Shown piece after piece: positions 19,317 through 28,044 of a DNA stretch of 64,000 nt. Position numbers and translations under genes: made by a program. The notes under the pieces are model-generated. The model ran no database searches. It was not told the DNA's origin and saw only the letters and a program-made list of their open reading frames with translations. Where the stretch lies: assembly GCA_004193545.1 (NCBI GenBank), contig RPGO01000029.1, positions 20,096-84,095 of the forward strand, given 5' to 3'. Numbering within the stretch: position 1 is the stretch's first letter; each line of letters opens with the position of its first letter. This DNA comes from Candidatus Argoarchaeum ethanivorans. GTDB lineage: Archaea > Halobacteriota > Methanosarcinia > Methanosarcinales > EX4572-44.

Positions 19317-20107
19317 ATCAAAGAATAATATTTGTGATTTCGTTGTTTCTGTTGTTGGTATGCACGGTGTGTATTGCTCACGCGGATCCAACGACAGAAG
19401 TGCATGTGGTAAAATATGCTGAAGACGGGACAACCGTTCTTAATGAAACAGATGTAACTTATGAATGGATGGAGGCAAATCTACATGTCCAGGGAGACGG
19501 AGTAACGCATTACTACCACCAGGGACCCGTATTTGAAGGAGACAAATGGGATCAAAACGAGACTGCGAACTTTAAAGATAAGGGTGCTGTTAAGGGCACG
19601 GATATCATGGATTTATGCAATCTCGTTGGAGGAATGTCTCCTAGCGATGACGTAATGATCCACTCGCATGACGGCTACCACGTGGAGTTTGCCTACACGA
19701 GTGTCTACGAACCAGAAGCACGGCAGGGGCCAATGGTTCTCTGCTGGTACAATGGAAATGATACAAAGGTTGGTGAACGCCAGGGCGTTGGCTATCCGCC
19801 TGACTACTACACCGGGATGCGACTCGTCTTCTTCGCTGATAATCATGTCTTCGGTAACTGGGACATGCACGAGTGCCTGCCTGCGAAGTGCCAGCATTTC
19901 TATGAACTGTATCCCTCTACAAACGGGTTTACAGTGAAATGGGTGGACGAGTTGAGGGTTTATAGCGGTGGATATACTGATGATGAGGGAGGTCCTGCAA
20001 AATCCATGCCTGAGTCAGAACCAAGTTCGGCGCAGGGATTCAATGCCATTCCAGGGATTGCAGGACTCTTGCTGGTTGCATACATGCTAAGGAGAAGTAT
20101 GAAATGA
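19295..20107 (+). CDS. Secreted type-A domain protein with an archaeosortase-type C-terminal anchor
   Basis: 270 aa. It is a paralogue of the N-domains of the three preceding genes. The C-terminus is AQGFNAIPGIAGLLLVAYMLRR. Confidence 0.75.
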   Translation: MEEKNKMNQRIIFVISLFLLLVCTVCIAHADPTTEVHVVKYAEDGTTVLNETDVTYEWMEANLHVQGDGVTHYYHQGPVFEGDKWDQNETANFKDKGAVKGTDIMDLCNLVGGMSPSDDVMIHSHDGYHVEFAYTSVYEPEARQGPMVLCWYNGNDTKVGERQGVGYPPDYYTGMRLVFFADNHVFGNWDMHECLPAKCQHFYELYPSTNGFTVKWVDELRVYSGGYTDDEGGPAKSMPESEPSSAQGFNAIPGIAGLLLVAYMLRRSMK

Positions 20108-20676
20108 AAGTAGACAGCAGAATTTCCATTCTACCAACCTTAGTAATTACGATGGTGTGTATCGGGGTTATCATCACTGCAACAGGGTGCCTGCATCTTT
20201 CCGGAGTTACAGAGGAAAAAATCGACTGGAACCTGACACTTGTCGGCGATGAAGAAATGGTGCTGTCATTCGATGATATTACAGCAATGCCATCTTATAC
20301 CGGGCGTGGTGGATTCTTCTCGACTGTTGGTATGAAATATGGCCCCTTTGAATGCAAAGGCGTTCCAATAGAAGACCTTTGCGATCTTGTCGGAGGAATT
20401 GACGAATCGAGCACGATATGGATATCCGCACCAGATGGATATATGATGGTTTTTGACTACGACCAGATAAAATGCGATTTTAACACCTTTGACCCGGAAG
20501 ACCTTAGAGAGGTTCCGCATGGCGATCTAAAGCTGATATTGACATATTGGCAGGATGGCAAACTCCTCCCGGAAAATGATGGGAGACCTTTTAGAGTTTC
20601 CATAGTTGGAAAAGAAGACCTCATGACTGAAGGCAGTTACTGGGTTAAATGGGTAAACAGGATTGAGATCAGATGA
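20104..20676 (+). CDS. Small membrane-anchored or lipoprotein-like protein with a single SUOX-fold (Oxidored_molyb-like) domain
   Basis: 190 aa. The pattern DWNLTLVG...CKGVPIEDLCDLVGG...APDGYMMVF...LTYWQDGKLLPENDGRPFRVSIVG...VKWVNRIEI follows the PF00174 topology. It overlaps both neighbours by 4 nt (ATGA). Confidence 0.65.
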   Translation: MKVDSRISILPTLVITMVCIGVIITATGCLHLSGVTEEKIDWNLTLVGDEEMVLSFDDITAMPSYTGRGGFFSTVGMKYGPFECKGVPIEDLCDLVGGIDESSTIWISAPDGYMMVFDYDQIKCDFNTFDPEDLREVPHGDLKLILTYWQDGKLLPENDGRPFRVSIVGKEDLMTEGSYWVKWVNRIEIR

Positions 20677-21746
20677 GAACGGCTTATATGGTAACACTCT
20701 TATCTCTTTTGATAATTGTTGTTATCATTTTTGGTACAGTATTAACAGGTGAACAAAAGAAAACTGAATTGGATGTTATCTATGCTGGAAGTTTGATCGT
20801 GCCATTTGGGGAAATAGAACATCAATTTGAAAGCAGGCATCCAGACGTTGATGTGCGAATCGAAGGACACGGAAGCATCCAGGCAATCAGGCACATAACA
20901 GACATTCATGAGGAGTACGATGTGCTCGCGGTTGCAGACGAGAACCTGATTCCTGACCTGATGTATGCTACCGGCAATAATACAGAGAGCTATGCAGACT
21001 GGTATGTCAGATTTGCAAGAAATCAAATGGTTATTGCATACACCAACGAAAGCAGATACGCAAACGAAATCAACGAATCAAACTGGTATGAAATCCTTGC
21101 ACGACCGGATGTGAAGTTCGGGTTTTCAAATCCGATGCTCGATGCATGCGGATACAGAACCCTGATGATAGCACAACTCGCTGAATTGTACTATGACGAT
21201 CAAACAATCTTTGACAGGTTAATATCCTGCAATTTCAATCCGGAAATACCAGTAACAGAAAATAACGGAACCTACATAGTGCTCATACCGGAAATATTCA
21301 AGCCCCAAAGTAAAAAAATTATTATCAGGGGAGGGAGTGTGCAGTTGTTAGCACTACTTGACTTTGCCGAGATAGATTATATATTCGGATACAAAAGCGT
21401 GGCTCAACAACATGGATTGCGGTTTTTGGAGCTTCCAACCGAAATTGATTTGAGCTCGCCGGAATACGAAGACACCTACAAAAAAGTTATTGTCAGGCTT
21501 GGATTTCAACGGTTTACATCAGTTGGAACTGATCGGGTTGGTGAACCGATTTTCTATGCGATTACAATTCCGGAGAATGCACCACACCCGGAACTTGCTG
21601 CACAGTTTGTGGAGTTTGTGATAAGCGAGGAGGGACAGAGAGTGCTCAATGATATAAAGCAGCCCACGGTTATACCTGTAGCTGATAACTTTGACATGAT
21701 GCCTGATGAGCTCAAGGAGTGTGTGATTGAAGGACGCAAGCCTTGA
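20673..21746 (+). CDS. wtpA: Tungstate/molybdate ABC-transporter substrate-binding protein (WtpA/ModA-like); no permease or ATPase gene nearby
   Basis: 357 aa. The N-terminus has a TM or signal segment. VIYAGSLIVPFGEIEHQFESRHPDVDVRIEGHGSIQAIR and NPMLDACGYR are typical of archaeal WtpA. Confidence 0.75.
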   Translation: MRTAYMVTLLSLLIIVVIIFGTVLTGEQKKTELDVIYAGSLIVPFGEIEHQFESRHPDVDVRIEGHGSIQAIRHITDIHEEYDVLAVADENLIPDLMYATGNNTESYADWYVRFARNQMVIAYTNESRYANEINESNWYEILARPDVKFGFSNPMLDACGYRTLMIAQLAELYYDDQTIFDRLISCNFNPEIPVTENNGTYIVLIPEIFKPQSKKIIIRGGSVQLLALLDFAEIDYIFGYKSVAQQHGLRFLELPTEIDLSSPEYEDTYKKVIVRLGFQRFTSVGTDRVGEPIFYAITIPENAPHPELAAQFVEFVISEEGQRVLNDIKQPTVIPVADNFDMMPDELKECVIEGRKP

Positions 21747-21880
21747 TAATGGAGTAAGATAGAGATTATGACAATCAAAAGACCACTCTAAACCATCACC
21801 ACAGACTTTGTAAATATCCAAAGGCTTTTTATTATATAGAATATCTATTGGCGGCTTAATATTGAAGAGGTATACAAAAT

Positions 21881-23920
21881 ATGGATTCTATGTATTGGTT
21901 ATATATTGCACCTGTTGCAGGTATCATCAGCCTTGTTTTTGCAGGCTTGTTTGCCAGAAAAGTACTGAGCTACGAGCCCGGAACAAAACGAATGCAGGAA
22001 ATATCCTCGGCAATTCAGGAGGGGGCAATGGCATATCTGAATAGACAGTACAAGACGATTGCGATTGTAGCGGTTGTACTTGCTGTTGTTATTGCCATCG
22101 GCTTAAAGCAGCACGACGGTTTTAAAATAGCTGTTGGGTTTGTCATAGGAGCGATTTTCTCAGCTCTTGCTGGCTATATTGGAATGAATGTATCAGTACG
22201 AGCTAATGTTCGTACAGCAAACGCTGCGAAAAAAGGATTAAAGGAAGCACTTGGCGTAGCAGTCAAAGGTGGGGCAGTCACAGGTCTTTCTGTTGTCGGT
22301 CTTGCACTGTTTGGCGTTAGTGGATTATACTTATTATATGGTGGAGAGCCGGGAAAAGTTGACCTGATCGTAGGCTTTGGGTTTGGAGCAAGCCTTATCA
22401 GTCTGTTTGCAAGGGTTGGTGGCGGCATATTCACCAAAGCTGCTGATGTCGGAGCCGATCTTGTTGGAAAAGTAGAGGCTGGCATACCAGAAGATGACCC
22501 ACGAAATGCCGGAGTGATTGCAGATAATGTTGGCGATAATGTTGGCGATTGTGCAGGCATGGGGGCAGACCTATTTGAAACGTATGTGGTAACGATTCTT
22601 GCAGCAATGCTTCTCGGATCGCTTATCATAAAAGATATTGCTAATGCAGTCATATATCCCTTGGCGATCGGGTCAGTAGCAATATTTGCGTCGATTGCAG
22701 CGATATTCTTTATCCGCATCGGGGCTGGCAAAAATATCATGAACGCACTTTATAAAGGTGTTGCAGCATCCGCAATCATCTGCCTTGCAGCTTTCTTTGT
22801 AATCACGCAAACCTTATCAATTCCATTTAAATTTTATTATGCAACAATAATTGGCATCGTGATCATGGTATTGATGGTCATAATAACTGAATACTACACC
22901 TCTACAAAATACAGACCAGTAAAGAAAATAGCAGAAGCCTCTCAAACCGGTGCAGGCACCAATATCATTTCCGGACTTGCTTTTGGTTTTGAAAGTACAA
23001 CAGCTCCAGTATTGGTTATCTCGGCAGGAATCCTCGCATCCTTTTTCCTGACAGGAGGTGCTGCCGATCCAAGCATGGGTTTGTATGGTATTTCCATTGC
23101 AGCAGCAGCCATGCTTTCTGTAACAGGAATGATCATCACCCTTGACTCGTATGGACCAATCACCGACAATGCTGGTGGTATTGCAGAAATGGCCGGACTT
23201 CCTGAAAACGTACGGGAAACAACCGATGCACTTGATGCAGTTGGAAACACCACAAAAGCTGTAACAAAAGGGTATGCTATAGGCTCAGCCGCCCTCGGAG
23301 CACTTGCTTTGTTTGCAGACTACACTCATAAAGTAGAACTCCTGCCAGGGGATCTTAGCCTTGCTAACCCGCTTGTACTTGCAGGGCTTCTCATCGGCGG
23401 ACTCCTGCCATTTATATTCAGCTCAGTTACCATGAATGCGGTTGGTGATGCAGCTTTTAAGATAGTGGAAGAAGTACGCAGACAATTTAGAGAGATACCA
23501 GGGATAATGGAGGGAACAGCAAAACCAGAATATGGCAAGTGTGTTGATATCGTTACCAAGGCAGCCCTCCAACATATGATAGTACCAGGCATCATTGCAA
23601 TAGCAGTTCCGCTTTTTGTAGGACTCATACTTGGAAAAGTAGCCCTTGGTGGCATGTTGATAGGAGTTATTGTATCAGGGCTTCTCTTAGCTCTTACCAT
23701 GTCAAATGGTGGAGGTGCATGGGATAATGCCAAAAAACTCATCGAAGATGGACTTTATGGTGGCAAGGGTTCGGATGCACACAAAGCAGCAGTGGTTGGT
23801 GACACAGTTGGCGATCCATTTAAAGATACATCAGGACCTGCATTAAATCCACTGATAAAAGTAGTAAACATGATAGCAATACTATTCTCAGCTATCTTTA
23901 TCCACAGCGGGTTTTTGTGA
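21881..23920 (+). CDS. hppA: Membrane-bound proton/sodium-translocating pyrophosphatase
   Basis: 679 aa, polytopic. Signature motifs are [39 protein letters not shown] and [17 protein letters not shown]. Confidence 0.95.
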   Translation: MDSMYWLYIAPVAGIISLVFAGLFARKVLSYEPGTKRMQEISSAIQEGAMAYLNRQYKTIAIVAVVLAVVIAIGLKQHDGFKIAVGFVIGAIFSALAGYIGMNVSVRANVRTANAAKKGLKEALGVAVKGGAVTGLSVVGLALFGVSGLYLLYGGEPGKVDLIVGFGFGASLISLFARVGGGIFTKAADVGADLVGKVEAGIPEDDPRNAGVIADNVGDNVGDCAGMGADLFETYVVTILAAMLLGSLIIKDIANAVIYPLAIGSVAIFASIAAIFFIRIGAGKNIMNALYKGVAASAIICLAAFFVITQTLSIPFKFYYATIIGIVIMVLMVIITEYYTSTKYRPVKKIAEASQTGAGTNIISGLAFGFESTTAPVLVISAGILASFFLTGGAADPSMGLYGISIAAAAMLSVTGMIITLDSYGPITDNAGGIAEMAGLPENVRETTDALDAVGNTTKAVTKGYAIGSAALGALALFADYTHKVELLPGDLSLANPLVLAGLLIGGLLPFIFSSVTMNAVGDAAFKIVEEVRRQFREIPGIMEGTAKPEYGKCVDIVTKAALQHMIVPGIIAIAVPLFVGLILGKVALGGMLIGVIVSGLLLALTMSNGGGAWDNAKKLIEDGLYGGKGSDAHKAAVVGDTVGDPFKDTSGPALNPLIKVVNMIAILFSAIFIHSGFL

Positions 23921-23949
23921 GAGGATGGGGGGCTTTCCCCACCCTTCAC

Positions 23950-25215
23950 TCACTGCTTTTTCTTCCATCGTGCACCTGCACCAAGTTTTATATGGTTTCG
24001 TACCCGTGGGCCAAAGCGTGTTGAATCAAGGGCACAGATTTCATAAGCAGGAATTATAGCACGTATAACAGGTATATCGATGCCTGGTCTACTGAGGTTT
24101 ACAATAATTGCTCTTGCAGATGTGGGAGCGAGTTTTTTAAGCAGCATCTGAATATTGTTGTATGGCTTGTTAGATGCCTGGTTTTCAAGCTCATCAAGTG
24201 TGGTTGTTTCTGTTTTATTTCGGTACCAGTGCCGATTTATGTTTTTGATGGCGTTGTACCCGACCCGCTGCTGCACCTCATCTCTCTCGTTGTTTTTGCG
24301 TGACCCATGTATTTGTACGAGTCTCGACTGTGCTGCCTCTGTTAATGCACGGTTTACCGCGACAGCAGGATCAAGGTGTGCACCTGCGCCGATGAGAAGT
24401 AATGTTGGATACTTCAACACAACGTCATCAACGGCTGCAAGAACGACGTGTATGCCGCTGTCCGCCGGAAGCAGCCAGAGGTGTACATCCACGCCTGCAC
24501 CAGCGAATTTTTTATAAAGCTGATATGGCACGCCGTCCTCTATAGACAGCAGGATTTTTTTTCCTGTGTTTTTGGTGTATTCTGCTATGCTGTAAGCGTC
24601 CCGTTCAACAACTTCAAGGAGTCCGTGAAGTACTGCTTCTTCCATGCAACTACCTGCAGCAAGTCCATTGGTTTCACTTCGAAACAAGCGATTGCTTCCT
24701 AGAGGCGGCTCGTATGGGTGATACACTGCATTTGCAGGCACAAGAATCTCTTCACTGGTAAGTAGATCGTTGCCCCACATCCATTCAAGTGGTGTGTTAA
24801 GCGACATTGCTCCCTGCAATATCAACTCGTTTGGATTAAGGACGGTTTCTTGTTTTTTTAGATTCAGGTATGAGTCAATAATATTCTCTTTGTAACTGTG
24901 TGGCGTCTCTATATCTGCATTGTTTCCTGGTGCTTCAGCAAGGCATCGCTCAACTGCCTCCATCAGTGCAGAAATTCTTGATTGTTTATCACTTGCACCT
25001 TTGCCTGAATAAACCGAGTTTGCTCCCCTGGCTGCGTTTTTTCGTGTGACAGAGCACACATCTATACCAACCCTATCAAGATTTGTGATGGGTGTAATAT
25101 TTGTAATTCCCAACTTTGCCTGAACAGCCTCTATGCGTGAAAGAGTGGTTTGTTCAGCAAGCACGCGATTAGTGCCATTGATGTAGGTAAGTGACGGATC
25201 AAGATGAATGCCCAT
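23950..25215 (-). CDS. ycaO: YcaO-domain protein (methanogenesis marker 1 type)
   Basis: 421 aa. The N-terminal docking region and the YcaO core (SGKGASDKQSRISALMEAVER) are present. No tfuA is adjacent. Confidence 0.8.
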   Translation of the reverse strand: MGIHLDPSLTYINGTNRVLAEQTTLSRIEAVQAKLGITNITPITNLDRVGIDVCSVTRKNAARGANSVYSGKGASDKQSRISALMEAVERCLAEAPGNNADIETPHSYKENIIDSYLNLKKQETVLNPNELILQGAMSLNTPLEWMWGNDLLTSEEILVPANAVYHPYEPPLGSNRLFRSETNGLAAGSCMEEAVLHGLLEVVERDAYSIAEYTKNTGKKILLSIEDGVPYQLYKKFAGAGVDVHLWLLPADSGIHVVLAAVDDVVLKYPTLLLIGAGAHLDPAVAVNRALTEAAQSRLVQIHGSRKNNERDEVQQRVGYNAIKNINRHWYRNKTETTTLDELENQASNKPYNNIQMLLKKLAPTSARAIIVNLSRPGIDIPVIRAIIPAYEICALDSTRFGPRVRNHIKLGAGARWKKKQ

Positions 25216-25282
25216 AACTCTTAACGTTCCGTAATAACACTAATATTATTACAGTTGAAAACAGATAAAACCTTCGATTAGC

Positions 25283-25413
25283 CGGGGCTGTCAACTTGTT
25301 GGGTATTATACCAGAACTCTAATTTCTTTCATACGTTCAAACCCAGAACAGTAGACATTATACCTGAATATACAACCAGGTCGAAACAATACCAACACCC
25401 AATAACTTTACAA
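25283..25413. repeat. Dispersed repeat family E, copy 1 (about 130 bp)
   Basis: By eye it is about 85-90% identical to 55494-55629. Both copies lie 50-70 nt upstream of a minus-strand gene start. Confidence 0.8.
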
Positions 25414-25571
25414 CCACGTTTTTGTCGTATCCAAACGCTTAGGAGACATTCGCACATTCTCTATGGATTATCATTATTGTACATTCTCTGTTTGGCTATT
25501 CAGACCAGCAAAAGGTTTTAACTGATGAGCGATGAATTCATATTCTATTGCATTGAACATTCGAGAATTAT

Positions 25572-26618
25572 ATGAAGTCATCCATTGAAATCGGGAAGAT
25601 AATTGGAATTCCAATAAAACTGCATATCACCTTACTGCTGGTGCTACCACTTTTTGCATACATCTTTTCAGTGAGCGAACAATTCGGTTTTGGCGGCGTA
25701 CCATCTCAAAGCCTTCGATATGGATTATCCATTACTGCAACACTGCTCTTGTTTCTGTCTATTTTGCTGGCGTTTGCTTAACGAACGATAGCTCGATAAC
25801 TGATACATTCGATTTCAATATAGCCAGCCAAGGCTGAAATCAGCTCTATGACAACCAACAGCTATTTTTAAACCGTCGTGCTGCTTTTAAGCCGATATGG
25901 CAATAACAACAACGAAATTACAACCGCTACAATCGCAATCGTCTTGTACTGTCTGTTGAATATGCCATTGCCCCTCTGGTGCCGAGGATAACCGCCGTTC
26001 GTTTTGTTTCCAGCATTTCCAATGGATGGCGGCAGAGTGCTTCGTGCATGGCTTGCAGGTCGGATGAGCTATATTGAAGCTACAAGAAAAGCGGTTTCCA
26101 TTGGCCAGATGCTTGCTATTGGCATGGGAATTCTCGGGTTGTTAGTAATTAACCCGTGGCTTATTTTAATTGCCTTTTTCGTATATATTGGAGCAGCAGA
26201 AGAAGGAAAATCTACAGAGATGTCAGTCTCGCTTGAAGGCATCAAGGTATCTAATTTGATGAGTAAGGAAGTTATTTCTGTTCCACCATCCATGAACCTG
26301 AACGAGCTTGTGGATACGATGTTTGAAAGAAAACACATGGGCTACCCAGTGGCGGAAAATGGCAATCTACTTGGTATTGTTACTTTTACTGATGTCAGTC
26401 GTGTCCCCTCCCAAAAACGTGGTGAAGTTGTGGTTGAAGAGGTAATGACCAAAAATATCATATCGTTGCACCCGGATGATCCGGCAGAAAAGGCTCTTAA
26501 ATTATTATTTACACATAACATAGGAAGACTGCCGGTATTAAGTGAACAGCGGCTCACAGGCATTGTTTCTCGAACGGATATAGTACACTCCATCCAGATT
26601 TTTGGTGGTAAACTTTGA
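25572..26618 (+). pseudogene. Site-2 protease (M50) with tandem CBS domains; the catalytic core has been replaced by foreign sequence
   Basis: The 5' ORF ends LLFLSILLAFA* exactly where HExxH is expected. The 3' ORF resumes at FPAFPMDGGRVLRAW (the M50 second motif) and is followed by two CBS domains. Confidence 0.8.
25770..26011 (-). other. Inverted, decayed copy of hppA nucleotides 21980-22224, embedded in the M50 protease gene
   Basis: In a manual alignment, the reverse complement of 25770-26011 matches hppA 21980-22224 at roughly 85% identity, with a few short indels. Confidence 0.85.
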
Positions 26619-27850
26619 TAGAGTACACTGTAAATGTAACTGCCAAGCAAGAAAAAGGCATCGTCGTTGTTGGAACAGCACATGTATCGGAAAAAAGCAT
26701 CAACGAGGTCAATGAAACAATAGAAAGAGAACATCCGGATATTGTTGCTGTTGAACTCTGCCAGGGTAGATATAAGGCTCTCGTAGGTAAACAGGAGGTA
26801 AAAGAAATACCTGTTAGGGAGTTGTTAAGTGCAGACAAGTTTCACTATTTTTTGATTCACTGGCTGTTGTCATACGTGCAAAAGAAGATTGGGGCCGAAA
26901 TGGGGGTAAAGCCTGGAGCTGAAATGCTTACAGCTATTGAAAAAGCAAAGCAGATTGAAGCAAAAATCGCACTGGTTGATCGAGACATCCAGATTACTTT
27001 GCAGCGACTCTGGTCAGGGATGACGCTATTTGAAAAGGCGAAAATAACGTTTGCAATTATTGCAGCAGGTCTTGGGATTGGTGGAACAAAAGAGATAGAT
27101 ATCAATACTGTAACAGATGCCGATATAGTAACCCAACTCGTGGAGGAGCTCCGAAAATATGCACCGTCTGCTGCAAAAGTGCTCATTGATGAAAGGGATG
27201 CCTATATTGCAAGAAATCTTTTAGACATCTCACACGACGGGCACGTGGTAGCAGTGGTGGGAGCAGGGCACAGGGCAGGCATACAAAAATATCTTGAACA
27301 TCCTGAAACACTGCCGGCTCTTGATAGCCTCACTACTTTACCAAAGAAACGATTTAGCATCCTGAAAGCTGCAACAATACTGATTATTATAACAGCAATT
27401 TTTATGCTTGCGGCGATGATTATCTATGGGCAAATCTCTCTTGCAACCATGCTTACAGCCATTGCCTACCTGTTTATCACACAGGGCGTACTATCAGCAA
27501 TAGGGGTAATTATAGCAAGAGGGCATCCGTTCTCTATACTTACAGCCCTCTCATTAGCATGGTTTGGTTTCATTCATCCATTCCTTGCTGTTGGCTGGCT
27601 CGCTGGACTTGTGGAAGCATATTTTAGACCACCTACGCATGGTGATTTTACCACGTTAGCTGAAGCTTCAAGCTTTAAAGAACTAATGAATAACAAACTA
27701 TTTCGTGTAATCATTGTAGCAGCACTTGCAAACATTGGAAGCATGGTTGGAACTTTTGTGGCTATACCTTTGATGGTGCACTACCTTGGCATACCAGACC
27801 CTCTTGAAATCATAAAACTAGCACTTGAAAATGTATTAAAACTGGTATAA
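26615..27850 (+). CDS. TraB/PrgY-family protein with a C-terminal membrane domain
   Basis: 411 aa. VVVGTAHVSEKSINEV, VAVELC and VVAVVGAGHRAGI are TraB-family motifs. It has a TTG start that overlaps the upstream stop. Confidence 0.75.
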   Translation: MIEYTVNVTAKQEKGIVVVGTAHVSEKSINEVNETIEREHPDIVAVELCQGRYKALVGKQEVKEIPVRELLSADKFHYFLIHWLLSYVQKKIGAEMGVKPGAEMLTAIEKAKQIEAKIALVDRDIQITLQRLWSGMTLFEKAKITFAIIAAGLGIGGTKEIDINTVTDADIVTQLVEELRKYAPSAAKVLIDERDAYIARNLLDISHDGHVVAVVGAGHRAGIQKYLEHPETLPALDSLTTLPKKRFSILKAATILIIITAIFMLAAMIIYGQISLATMLTAIAYLFITQGVLSAIGVIIARGHPFSILTALSLAWFGFIHPFLAVGWLAGLVEAYFRPPTHGDFTTLAEASSFKELMNNKLFRVIIVAALANIGSMVGTFVAIPLMVHYLGIPDPLEIIKLALENVLKLV

Positions 27851-28044
27851 GTATCGAGCTGAATCAAGATAGTCGTCTTCTTCCAGTTTCTCTATTTTTA
27901 TGGATATGTGGTATTCAGACATTTTCACCACATCAGCTGTTTTTGCACCGCCAGTAATCGCTTTTTCGTATGGGTTTTGGGCGATGTTTCACATTCGATT
28001 TGCCTTCGCATGTGTGTTGGAATTGAACAATCTCAACTATAAAT

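Noticed and set aside
20673-21746. A complete tungstate ABC transporter operon (wtpABC).
   Set aside because: Only the binding protein is present. The next gene is hppA, and no permease or ATPase ORF lies within the window.
22174-22740. A long antisense ORF (188 aa) inside hppA. Similar shadow ORFs lie inside cdc48 (4048-4713, 3577-4011), the 1334-aa gene (14525-14992, 16667-17131, 17275-17775), the IMDH-like genes (49727-50281, 53855-54481), the kinase gene (32456-33118) and others.
   Set aside because: They overlap strongly supported genes on the opposite strand or in another frame. They have low-complexity or biased composition and no recognisable motifs. These are typical shadow ORFs.
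25572-25781. Treating the two halves of the M50 protease as separate functional genes.
   Set aside because: The first half lacks HExxH and ends in hppA-derived sequence. The second half starts only at a TTG inside a conserved motif. A single disrupted gene is the better model.
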